Assembly: GCA_043737505.1 (NCBI GenBank)
Contig: JAYTAM010000255.1
Coordinates: 1 to 33,613 of the forward strand
Source: Thermoanaerobaculia bacterium
Lineage (GTDB): Bacteria > Acidobacteriota > Thermoanaerobaculia > Multivoradales > JAGPDF01
Direction: 5' to 3'
Length of the DNA stretch: 33,613 nucleotides
Shown here: positions 1 through 10,700 of the stretch, piece by piece
Position numbering within the stretch: the first letter of the stretch is position 1
How the letters are laid out: each line of letters starts with the position of its first letter
Notes under the pieces: model-generated
What the model was told of the DNA's origin: nothing
The model's input: the letters and a program-made list of their open reading frames with translations, nothing else
The model's database searches: none
Position numbers and translations under genes: made by a program

Positions 1-702
1 TGCGGAGTCCTTTTGTTCCTGCTGGTGGGCAGTTGCGTCGTCGTGGGCGGATACTTCGCAAAGAAGACGATCGGCGGGCTCTCCGACTTTGCCAAGGAAG
101 TCGAATCGAATCCGGATGCCGCAGCCGTCAAAGCCGCCGCAATGATGCTGCGCCTGAACCCCGAGCTCGAGGTCCTCTCCTCCGACCCCGCGGCCGGCAC
201 GATCACGGTGCGCGAGAAGAAGACCGGCAAGGAAGTCACCTTCGACCTTGACGACATCAAGTCCGGAAGGTTCTCGATCGACGCCGATGGCGAGAAGACG
301 AGCATCGACTTCGACTCCACGGGCGAGAACGCCGGCCAGGTGAAGATCGTGACCGACCAGGGCACGGCCACCTACGGTTCCGGGGCGCAGCGGGCGCCGG
401 ACTGGATCGGCGACTATCCGGGCGGGCGCACCGAGGGGCTGGCGAACATCGAAGCGCAGGGCGAGAAGACCGGAACCTTCACCATGAAGACTCCCGACGC
501 ACCGGACGTCGTCATCGCCTTCTATGAAGCGAGGCTGAAAGCGGCCGGCTTCGAGGTCCAGAAGGCGAGCCTGAGCTACAACGGTGTCCCGAGCGGCACA
601 CTGAACGCGACTGCGGACGGCGGCAAGCGCCAGTTGTCGATCACTGCCGCGGCGCAGGACGGCGAAACCCAGGCGCTGATGTCGTACAACGAAAAGCCCT
701 GA
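1..702 (+). CDS. Hypothetical membrane-anchored protein (5' partial, frame open to window edge)
   Basis: The frame is open from nt 1, so the track start at TTG 13 is probably internal. An N-terminal hydrophobic helix (LLFLLVGSCVVVGGYF) is followed by a soluble Gly/Thr/Asp-rich domain. Stop TGA is at 700-702. I recognise no family motif. Confidence 0.55.
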   Translation, partial: CGVLLFLLVGSCVVVGGYFAKKTIGGLSDFAKEVESNPDAAAVKAAAMMLRLNPELEVLSSDPAAGTITVREKKTGKEVTFDLDDIKSGRFSIDADGEKTSIDFDSTGENAGQVKIVTDQGTATYGSGAQRAPDWIGDYPGGRTEGLANIEAQGEKTGTFTMKTPDAPDVVIAFYEARLKAAGFEVQKASLSYNGVPSGTLNATADGGKRQLSITAAAQDGETQALMSYNEKP

Positions 703-1573
703 GCCTCTTCGCACGGCAGACCAGCGGCTCGGTCGTCTGCGCTTCCTGCGGACGACTGGTCGGCGTCAAGGACGAGCGCTGCTTCCACTGCGGCGCGCGC
801 AACCCCTCGCTGTGGGGTTTCGCACCGCTGCTGCGGCGGCTGGGCGCCGACCTGGGCTTCGTTCAACTGCTTATTGGCGGTTGCTCGATCCTCTTCATCG
901 TCAGCGTTCTGCTCTCGCCGAGCGCGCTGCAGCCGCGCGGGCTGATGAACCTGCTCTCGCCAGACTCGCGAACCCTCTTTCTGCTCGGGGCGAGCGGCCC
1001 GTTGCCGGTGTACGGGCTCGGACACGTCTGGACCCTCCTCAGCGCCTCCTGGCTGCACGGCGGCCTGCTGCACATCTTCTTCAACATGATGTGGGTCCGC
1101 CAGCTCGCCGGCCCGGTCGCCGAGCTCTACGGCGCCGGCCGGATGATCCTGGTTTGGACGGCGGCCTCGATCGTCGGTTTCGGCCTGAGCTCGACTGCCG
1201 GCGCCTACCTCCCGTCGATTCCGATTCTGGGTTCGCACGCCCCGTTCACGGTGGGCGCGTCGGCCTCCATCTTCGGCCTGCTGGGTGCGCTCGTCTGTTA
1301 CGGCCGGCGCAGCGGGCAGCGGGCCATGCACCAGCAGGTGTGGACCTGGGCGGTGGTGATGTTCCTGTTCGGCGCCATCATGCCCGGGGTCGACAACTGG
1401 GCCCATGCCGGTGGCTTCCTGGGTGGATTCCTGGCGGCGCGGGCGCTCGATCCGTTGAAGCCGGAGCGCACGGTGCACATGCTGTGGGCGATCGTCTGCC
1501 TGGGATTGACCCTCGCTTCTATCGTGATTTCCATTGTGACCGGTGCGCAGCTTCTACGCGCTGTCGAGGGCGG

Positions 1574-1577
<4 letters not shown>
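699..1577 (+). CDS. Rhomboid family intramembrane serine protease with N-terminal zinc ribbon (5' boundary uncertain)
   Basis: Rhomboid core motifs are present: HGGLLHIFFNMMWV, GASASIFGLLGA (GxSx catalytic Ser) and HAGGFLGGFLAA (catalytic His). The track ORF starts at ATG 945. The same frame is open from 528 and encodes CxxC-x10-CxxC (VVCASCGRLVGVKDERCFHCG) plus a TM helix (FVQLLIGGCSILFIVSVLL) between about 735 and 915. I place the 5' end at CTG 699, which overlaps the upstream TGA. The minimal safe call is 945..1577. Confidence 0.75.
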
Positions 1578-3424
<1,847 letters not shown>

Positions 3425-3468
3425 GTTCGCCGACAGCCGACCTCCTGCGGTAGGATCTCCGAAAAGCC

Positions 3469-4776
3469 ATGCGCAAGGCAGCCCTCCTCCTCGCTGCAGT
3501 CCTCCTTTCGGCTCCGGCCATCGGCCAGGATTGGCGTGGGCCGGCGGCGATCGCCGTCCAGGTCGAAGACGCCAAAGGCCGTAACCTCGCCGGCGCCGAA
3601 GTCCTGCTGGTCTACCTCTCACCGGACGGCGGCGGATCGCTGCCATCGGTACTGACCGATGGCTCGGGGCAGGCGAACATCGGCGGGCTCGCGGCCGGCC
3701 GATGGTCGGTCGAGGTTCGCCACGCCGGGCATATGAGCTACCGCGCCGAGCTGGCGGTGGGCGCCGAGTCCAAGCCTTCGGTGCTGTCCGCGTCGCATCT
3801 CATGGCCCCCGGCGCCTCCTCGACGATGAAGGTCAAGTTCTCTCGCGGTCGCGCCGGCGCGACCGTGCCGGCTGGTCCGGTCACACAGGTTGCGACCTCT
3901 CCTCCAACTTCCCGTGCGCCCGAGTCGGTCGTCGCCGCAGTGACTCCTGAACCGGCACCCGCTCCAGTGGCTCCGGCTCCTGCGCCGGTGCGTGAGTTGG
4001 CACCCGTGCCCACTCCGAGGCCGGTCCCGCCGGCTCCTGCGCCGGAAGAAGCTCCAGAAGTAAAAAAGGCTCCGGTAAAGGAAGTCGTGCCAGCTCCACC
4101 GCCGGTCGCTCCGGCGCCCAAGCCGATGCCGGTTCCAGCACCCGCTGCGCCGGCCGTGAAGCCTCCGACGCCGCCGGCAATGCCGTCACCTGCGCCTGTC
4201 GTCCCTTCACCAGCAGAAACGAAACCGCCTGCGCCCGCCGTTCCGCTCTCGCCACCTCCGTCGGCGCCTCCGGTACCGGCTCCCGTAGTGGCAGCATCCC
4301 CGCCATCACCGGCAGCACCGGCAGCACCGGCTCCGCCGGCGCAACCGGGGCGGGCGCGGCTTTGCGTCGAGTGCTCGCCGGGTGAGAGCGCGGCCTGGGG
4401 CGAAGCGGCGATCGAGGGCGGTGCGAAGGCCGGCTGTCCGGAGGACCTCCCGGCGCGCTTGAAGAGCGTCGAGCTGGGCGCGGTCGGTGCCCTCTCGGCG
4501 GACCTTGCCGGCGCGGGCCTGGGATGCCGTGTCGTCGCCGTGGAGCTCCCTGCCGGCGCGCGATTCACCGGATACCGCTACGAAGCCCAGAGCGCCGGTG
4601 TCGCGGCGGACTGCCTTCCGGGGCGGGGATGCCCGGCCGGCGGCTGTCGTTTCCCGAACGAGCCGGTGCTGCGCCAGGAAGGCAACCGCACGGTACTCCT
4701 GGTCGGCTTCGAGAGCACCGCGCCGGACCTTCGTCGCGCGGTCATCGCCGGCTACTCGACCTATACCAAGCGCTAG
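3469..4776 (+). CDS. Secreted protein: CarboxypepD_reg-like N-domain, long Pro/Ala-rich spacer, Cys-rich C-terminal domain
   Basis: There is a signal-peptide-like N-terminus (MRKAALLLAAVLLSAPAIGQD). A beta-sandwich-like segment (GAEVLLVY...TDGSGQANIGGLAAGRWSVEV) resembles carboxypeptidase regulatory-like domains. A spacer of about 160 aa is built of PAPAPV-type sequence. The C-terminal ~140 aa contain seven Cys. Confidence 0.7.
   Translation: MRKAALLLAAVLLSAPAIGQDWRGPAAIAVQVEDAKGRNLAGAEVLLVYLSPDGGGSLPSVLTDGSGQANIGGLAAGRWSVEVRHAGHMSYRAELAVGAESKPSVLSASHLMAPGASSTMKVKFSRGRAGATVPAGPVTQVATSPPTSRAPESVVAAVTPEPAPAPVAPAPAPVRELAPVPTPRPVPPAPAPEEAPEVKKAPVKEVVPAPPPVAPAPKPMPVPAPAAPAVKPPTPPAMPSPAPVVPSPAETKPPAPAVPLSPPPSAPPVPAPVVAASPPSPAAPAAPAPPAQPGRARLCVECSPGESAAWGEAAIEGGAKAGCPEDLPARLKSVELGAVGALSADLAGAGLGCRVVAVELPAGARFTGYRYEAQSAGVAADCLPGRGCPAGGCRFPNEPVLRQEGNRTVLLVGFESTAPDLRRAVIAGYSTYTKR
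4307..4333 (+). repeat. 9-bp tandem repeat x3 (caccggcag caccggcag caccggctc), in frame inside the Pro/Ala spacer
   Basis: Read directly from the sequence. It encodes part of SPAAPAAPAP. Confidence 0.85.
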
Positions 4777-4803
4777 CCGGCGGTAGCCGGCGGCAGCCGG
4801 CGA
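4774..4803 (+). repeat. 10-bp tandem repeat x3 (tagccggcgg tagccggcgg cagccggcga) starting exactly at the TAG stop codon
   Basis: Read directly from the sequence. The first repeat unit begins with the stop codon of the 3469..4776 gene. Confidence 0.85.
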
Positions 4804-4822
4804 TGGCGCGCGCTCGCTGGCT
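4795..4822. terminator. Possible hairpin between convergent genes (stem agccggcga / tcgctggct, 10-nt GC loop)
   Basis: A 9-bp stem has one G-U pair when read on the + strand. It fills the 45-nt gap between the stops at 4776 (+) and 4822 (-). No U-tract follows, so terminator function is speculative. Confidence 0.25.
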
Positions 4823-6819
4823 CAGGCCGACGAGACTTCGACCCGCGCGTCGTTGAAGCAAGCGCCGTCACCCAGATCGGTGAAGGTGTCGGGCGCCAGT
4901 GCGCAGGCGGTGAAGCCATTCTCGGTGTTCTGTGCCCAGAGCCCTTTGGGCAGCTCGACGACGCCCGGTCGCTGGTCGTGCGAAAAGTGCAGCCGACAAA
5001 TGACCTCGCCGTAGGCGTTGGCGACTTTCACCTGCTGGCCGTCGGCGAGGCCGCGCGAGGCGGCGTCCGAGGGATGCATCTCGAGCGGCACCGGACCCTT
5101 GCGCAACTGCCCCAGAGTGGAGCTGATGGTGCGGTGGGTCGCCGGCGAGATGAGCGCCAGCGGTGCCGCCGCCGAACCCGGATCCTGCTGAAAGCCGTAG
5201 AGCCCCTCGCGCGCCTCGGCATCGAGCGCCTCCGGCACGAGGTGAATCCTGCGGTCGTCGGTCTTCGGAAATACGTCGAGGAACTGCACCGGACGATCGC
5301 CTGCGGCCGGACGGGCGAAGCCCTGCGCGGCGAGCTCCGCCGTCAGGTCGGCACCGCGACCGCTCGAGTCGAGGATCTGCGCGATCGCGGCCTGCTCGGT
5401 GGGGATCTCGTCCGCCGGCGCGACGCCGGTCCGCACGGCGAGCTCGGCGAAGACGCTGTAGTTGGACCGCGCCTGCCCGACCGGTGGGATCACCGGAGCG
5501 ATCTGCTGCAGCACCATCGCGCCATAGCCGCGCGACAACTCGTGATGCTCCAGGAAGGTGGTCGCCGGCAGGACGAGATCGGCGTAACGTGCGGTGTCGG
5601 TGAGCACCTGATCGAAGACGATCGTGAAAAGGTCGTCGCGCTCCAGGCCGCGGCGCACGAGCGTCTGGTTCGGCGTCGTCATCAGCGCATTCGAGTTGTA
5701 GACGAAGAGCAGGTGGACCGGCCTGGCGGTGGTCGAAGTGAGCGCCTCGCCGAGGCGATTCATGTTGATCGTACGAGTCGGCGCCTCGGCTCCGGCGATC
5801 GCCGCGCTGTTCATCTTGAAGGCCGCCGAATTGGACAGCGTGTAGCCGCCGCCGCGCACGCCGAACTTTCCGGCCACCGCGGGCAGGGCGAGAACCGCGG
5901 CTACGGCGGAGCCTCCGTTGCGGTTGCGCTCGAGGCCCCAGCCGCAACGCAGGACGGCGGGTGACAGGGAGGCGTAGAGGTCGACGAAGCGCGCGAGGTC
6001 GGCGAGCGGCACTCCCGCGATCTCCGCCGCCCGCGCCAGCGTCCACGGCGCCGCGCGGCGCTCGAGCTCGTCGGCGCGGGTGGCATGTCGAGCGAGGAAA
6101 TCGCGATCCGCGCGGCCGCTGGTGAAGAGCTCGCGGATCACCGCCAGGGCGACGACGAGATCGGTCCCGGGCCGGACGGCGAGATGCAGGTCGGCCTGTT
6201 TGGCGAGCGGCGTGGCGCGGGGATCGATGACGACGAGCTTGGCGCCGGCCTCGCAGGCCGCCTGGATCGGCGGCACCAGGTGAATGCCCGAGGCGGAAGG
6301 ATTGCAGCCCCACACCACCACCAGACGCGCCGCAGGATAGTCGGCGTACGCGACCCCCTCCATCTTGCCGTAGAGGCCTGCAGCTGCGCGGCCGGTGGCT
6401 GCAGCGCAGACCGTGCGCGCCAGGCGCGAGGCGCCGAGGCGATGGAAGAGCAGCGCGTCCGTAGTGTCCTGCGACAGATAGCCGTTCGAACCGCCATAGC
6501 TGTAGGGCAGGATCGCCTCGCCGCCGTAGCGATCGCGGGTCTCGACCAGGCGTTCGGCGGCGAGCGAGAGCGCCGCGCTCCAGGTGACCGGTTCGAAGAG
6601 CCCGGCGCCCTTCTCGCCGACCCGCACCATCGGCTCCAGCAGGCGCTCCTTGCCGTAGAGCTGCTCGGGGAACTTGCGCACTTTGGCGCAGATGTAGCCC
6701 TCGGTGACGGGATTGCGATCGCGGGCGCCGTCGAGCTTGGTGACGCGGCCGTTCTCGACCGTGACCTCGAGGCTGCAGGCGTCGGGGCAGTCCAGAGGGC
6801 AGGCCGAGGCGACTTTCAC
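4822..6819 (-). CDS. Molybdopterin (MopB superfamily) oxidoreductase, cytoplasmic, unknown substrate
   Basis: GTG 6819 overlaps the stop of the upstream SDR gene (GTGA). The N-terminus VKVASACPLDCPDACS...YICAKV is a Cys cluster typical of the [4Fe-4S] site of MopB enzymes. The C-terminus has a molybdopterin-dinucleotide-binding-like segment (QQVKVANAYGEVICRLHFSHDQRPGVVELPKGLW). There is no twin-arginine signal. The 116-aa N-terminal extension of track ORF 4822..7167 is Arg-rich, overlaps the SDR gene and is rejected. Confidence 0.85.
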   Translation of the reverse strand: MKVASACPLDCPDACSLEVTVENGRVTKLDGARDRNPVTEGYICAKVRKFPEQLYGKERLLEPMVRVGEKGAGLFEPVTWSAALSLAAERLVETRDRYGGEAILPYSYGGSNGYLSQDTTDALLFHRLGASRLARTVCAAATGRAAAGLYGKMEGVAYADYPAARLVVVWGCNPSASGIHLVPPIQAACEAGAKLVVIDPRATPLAKQADLHLAVRPGTDLVVALAVIRELFTSGRADRDFLARHATRADELERRAAPWTLARAAEIAGVPLADLARFVDLYASLSPAVLRCGWGLERNRNGGSAVAAVLALPAVAGKFGVRGGGYTLSNSAAFKMNSAAIAGAEAPTRTINMNRLGEALTSTTARPVHLLFVYNSNALMTTPNQTLVRRGLERDDLFTIVFDQVLTDTARYADLVLPATTFLEHHELSRGYGAMVLQQIAPVIPPVGQARSNYSVFAELAVRTGVAPADEIPTEQAAIAQILDSSGRGADLTAELAAQGFARPAAGDRPVQFLDVFPKTDDRRIHLVPEALDAEAREGLYGFQQDPGSAAAPLALISPATHRTISSTLGQLRKGPVPLEMHPSDAASRGLADGQQVKVANAYGEVICRLHFSHDQRPGVVELPKGLWAQNTENGFTACALAPDTFTDLGDGACFNDARVEVSSA

Positions 6820-7634
6820 AGGAAGAAATCCGCGATCAGGGGCTGGCCCGGTTCGACGGCGTAAGCGTCGAGGTCGGTCACGCCGGCGCCCGCCAGCACC
6901 TCGTCGTCGATGAAGAAGTTGCCGGTGCAGAGCCGCGACGGCTGGGTGAGGATCCAGTGCGCCGCGTCGGCGAGGATCGCGGGCTTCCGGCTGTTGGCCG
7001 CCGAGATGAAGCCGCCGAGCATGGCGAGCGCGGCGGTGTCGATCGCGGTGCGCGGCCAGAGGGCGTTCACCGCTACGCCGTCGCCTTTGAGCTCCTCGGC
7101 CATGCCGAGTACGCACATGCTCATGCCGTACTTCGCCATGGTGTAGGCGACGTGGTTGGCGAACCACTTCTTGTCCATGTTGAGCGGTGGCGAGAGGTTG
7201 AGGATGTGCGGATTGGCCGCCTTCTTGAGCTCCGGCAGGCAGGCCTGCGAGCAGAGGAAGGTGCCGCGGACGTTGACCGAGAACATGAGATCGAACCGCT
7301 TCATCGGCGTTTCGAGCGTCGCCGTGAGGTTGATCGCTGAAGCGTTGTTGACCAGGATGTCGATGCCGCCAAAGCGCTCGCGGACCGCGTCGACGGCGGC
7401 TTTCACCTGCGCCTCGTCACGGATATCGCAGGCGACGGCGAGCGCCTTTCCTCCCGCGGCTTCGATCTCCGCGGCGGCGGTATGGATCGTTCCCGGCAGG
7501 CGGGGATGCGGCTCGGTCGTCTTGGCGAGGATGGCGACGTTCGCTCCGTCGCGCGCGGCGCGCAGGCCGATGGCGAGTCCGATGCCGCGCGATGCGCCGG
7601 TGATGAGGAGAGTCTTGCCGTGCAGGGTCGACAT
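6816..7634 (-). CDS. SDR family NAD(P)-dependent oxidoreductase (HSDL2-like)
   Basis: The cofactor motif is TGASRGIG (GKTLLITGASRGIGLAI). NNAS and the catalytic YxxxK (YTMAKYG) are present. GGAAGGA lies 7 nt upstream of ATG 7634. Confidence 0.9.
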   Translation of the reverse strand: MSTLHGKTLLITGASRGIGLAIGLRAARDGANVAILAKTTEPHPRLPGTIHTAAAEIEAAGGKALAVACDIRDEAQVKAAVDAVRERFGGIDILVNNASAINLTATLETPMKRFDLMFSVNVRGTFLCSQACLPELKKAANPHILNLSPPLNMDKKWFANHVAYTMAKYGMSMCVLGMAEELKGDGVAVNALWPRTAIDTAALAMLGGFISAANSRKPAILADAAHWILTQPSRLCTGNFFIDDEVLAGAGVTDLDAYAVEPGQPLIADFFL

Positions 7635-7666
7635 GGGCGATTCCTTCCGGAGAGGTTCAGGCGCTC

Positions 7667-7672
7667 ATTTTA
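7667..7672 (-). promoter_or_regulatory. Candidate -10 hexamer TAAAAT for the SDR/MopB operon
   Basis: The minus strand reads gggcTAAAATgagc about 30 nt upstream of ATG 7634, in the 66-nt divergent gap. There is no convincing -35. The call rests on sequence resemblance only. Confidence 0.25.
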
Positions 7673-7700
7673 GCCCGATCGGTCGGGTAAGCTCGAAGTC

Positions 7701-10700
7701 GTGAGCCTCGACCGCTTCGACCCGCGGATTCGTACCTGGTTCGAGCGCCGGTTCGGCACTCCGACCGAGGTGCAGCGGCTCGCCTGGGGACCGATCGCCG
7801 ACGGAGCCAACGTGCTGCTGACCGCTCCGACCGGCAGCGGCAAGACCCTGACCGCGTTTCTCTGGGCGCTGCAGCAGCTCGCTACGGGCGCCTGGGAGGA
7901 GGGATCGACCCGGGTGCTCTACGTCTCGCCCCTGAAAGCGCTGAACGCCGATATCGAACGGAATCTGGCCGAGCCTCTGGCGGGAATTGCCGCCACCTTC
8001 GCCGCTTCGGGGAGCGAATTGCCGCGCATCCGGGTGGCGATGCGGAGCGGCGACACCCCTTCCGCGGAGCGTCAGAAGATCGTGCGACAGCGGCCGGAGA
8101 TTCTCATCACCACACCGGAGAGCCTCAACTTGCTGGTCAACTCCAAGGCGGGGCCGGCGCTCTTCGCCGGCCTGCGGACGGTGATCCTGGACGAAATTCA
8201 CGCTGTGGCGGCGACGAAGCGCGGCACGCACCTCATCACCGCAGTCGATCGTCTAGTGCTCTTCGCCGGCGAGTTTCAGCGCATCGCGCTCTCGGCGACG
8301 GCGCGGCCGCTGACGCGCGTGGCTTCCTGGGTCGGGGGCTACCGGCTGGAGCGCGGGGCCGACGATCATCCGCTCTATGTGCGGCGGCCGATGGTCATCG
8401 TGGAATCGCGGCAGCCCAAGCGCTACGACGTCGAGGTGAGGTTGCCCCCGGCGCTGGCGGCGGTTCCAGGCGAAGACCGCGAAGGAGAGCCGCTCTGGAA
8501 CATCGTCGCCGCGGACCTGCGCGAACAGATCCTCAAGGCGCGTTCGACTCTGGTCTTCACCAACAGCCGGCGGCTTTCGGAGAAACTGACCCGCCTGATC
8601 AACGACGGCGGTCCGCGCGAGATCGCCTGGTCGCACCACGGTTCGCTGTCGCGCGAGTTGCGGTCGGCGATCGAGAAGCGGCTCAAGGCCGGTGAGCTGC
8701 CGTCGCTGGTGGCGACGAGCTCGCTCGAGCTGGGAATCGACATCGGGGCTCTCGATCAGGTGCTGCTCGTTCAATCGCCGCGCTCCCTCGCTTCGGCAGC
8801 GCAGCGCGTCGGCCGCGCCGGGCACGGCGTCGGCGAGGTCAGCCGGGCGCGGATCTACCCCACTCACTTGCGCGACTTCCTCGAGTGCGCGGTCGCCGCC
8901 CGCGCAGTGCTCGACGGCGAGATCGAGCCGATCCAACCGGTGCGGGCGCCGCTCGATCTCATCGCGCAATGGATCGTTGGCATGGTGGCGCACGAGCGTT
9001 GGCGGGCCGACGACCTCTACAACGCGCTGCGCGCCAGCGATCCGTACCACGAGCTGCCGCGACGCCAGTTCGACCTCGTGGTCGAGATGCTCGCCGGGCG
9101 GTACGCCGACGCGCGCATCGCCGAGCTCCGACCGCGCATCGCTTTCGACCGCCTCGACGGCACGATCGCGGCACGCCCGGGGGCGGCGCGGCTGGTGGCG
9201 CAGTCGGGGGGTACGATCCCCGATCGCGGCTACTTTCAGCTCCGCATCGAGGAGTCGAACGCCCGGCTGGGCGAGCTCGACGAGGAGTTCGTCTGGGAGC
9301 GTTCTCTCGGCGACACGTTCCTTCTGGGCACCCAGTCGTGGCGAATTCACCGCATCACCTCGAACGAAGTCTTCGTCTCGCCGGCGCGCGGCGGCGCGAT
9401 GCTCGCACCGTTCTGGCGGGCCGACGCGCGGGATCGCGGGGCGGTCTTCTCGGAGCGCATCGGCCAGCTTCTCGAGTGGGCCGACAGCGAGATCGAGCAA
9501 CCCGATTTCGCCGCCGTCCTGGCCGAGCGCCACGTGCTCGATGCGGTGGCTGCGGGCGAGCTGACGCGGCTCCTGCGCGAAGCGCGCGGTGCGCTCGGCG
9601 GCGTTCTGCCGCACCGGCACCGCCTGATCTTCGAGGAGAGCCCCGAGCGCCTCGGGGCGCGCTCTGGAGCCGCCGGCGGCGTCGGCGGGGTCGATGCCGG
9701 TCGGCGCCAGGTCGTGCTCTACACCTTCTGGGGCGGCACTCTGAACCGCCCGCTGGCGCTGGCTCTCGCCGCCGCCTGGGAGGAGGCCGAGCACAGCTCG
9801 ATCGAGACCTTGGCGGATGACGATGCGGTGCTCCTGATCCTGCCGCCTGGGGCCGACGCGCGGGCCCTCTTCGCGCGGATCCTGCCGGAGCGCCTCGAGG
9901 CTCTCCTGCGGGCCCGACTCGAGTCCTCGGGGTTCTTCGGCGCGCAGTTCCGACAGAACGCTCAGCGGGCGCTGCTCCTGCCCCGGGCCGGGCCCCAGCG
10001 CCGCACGCCGCTCTGGGTGTCGCGCGAGAACGCCAAGAAGCTGCTCGAAGCGGTGGCCCGCTACGACGACTTTCCGGTCACGGTCGAGACCTGGCGGAGC
10101 TCGTTGCACGACGAGTTCGATCTCGAGAACCTGCGTCTCCGGCTGGAAGAGGTCGAGCGCGGCGAGGTCGAGGTCCGCAGCGTCCGCAGTGAACGCCCGT
10201 CGCCGCTCGCAGCTGGACTGGTCTGGCGGCGGACCAACGAGCTCATGTACGAGGACGACGTTCCGGGTGCCCGGCGCGGCGCTTCGGTGCGCGGCGACCT
10301 GCTGCGCGAGGTCGCGCTCGGCGGAGATCGACCGCGGATCGACCGCGCGCTGTCAGAAGAGCTGCGGCGAAAGCTCCACCGCCTGCTCCCCGGCTATCCG
10401 CCGCAGTCGGCGAGCGAGCTGCTCGAGTGGGTGAAGGAGCGCCTGTTCCTGCCGCAGGCGGAGTGGCGGGAGCTGCTGGCGGCGATCGACCGCGACCGCC
10501 CGGCGAGCTCCGCCGGGATGCTCGCCGAGCTCGCCGCGGCAGGCAAGCTCGCGACGCTCGCGCTCGGTGTCGGCGGGAACGACGGGAACGACAGGAACGA
10601 CAGGAACGATGGCATCGTCGCCAGCGAGGACCTGCCGCGGCTGGCGCGGCGCAGCGACGGCAGCGCGGCGCTGGCAAAGCTGCTGCTGGAGTGGTTGCGC

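Noticed and set aside
812-1573. N-terminal extensions of track ORFs: 812..3424, 4822..7167, 11540..12814, 13837..15597, 20101..22074, 21939..23186, 23177..24886, 25085..27367, 29244..31088 and 31848..33095.
   Set aside because: The extensions overlap the neighbouring real gene in another frame and are Arg-rich nonsense. Conserved N-termini, RBS-like sequences or NTGA overlaps support the internal starts instead.
4822-6819. Selenocysteine recoding in the MopB oxidoreductase.
   Set aside because: The ORF is continuous with no in-frame TGA, so there is no evidence for Sec.
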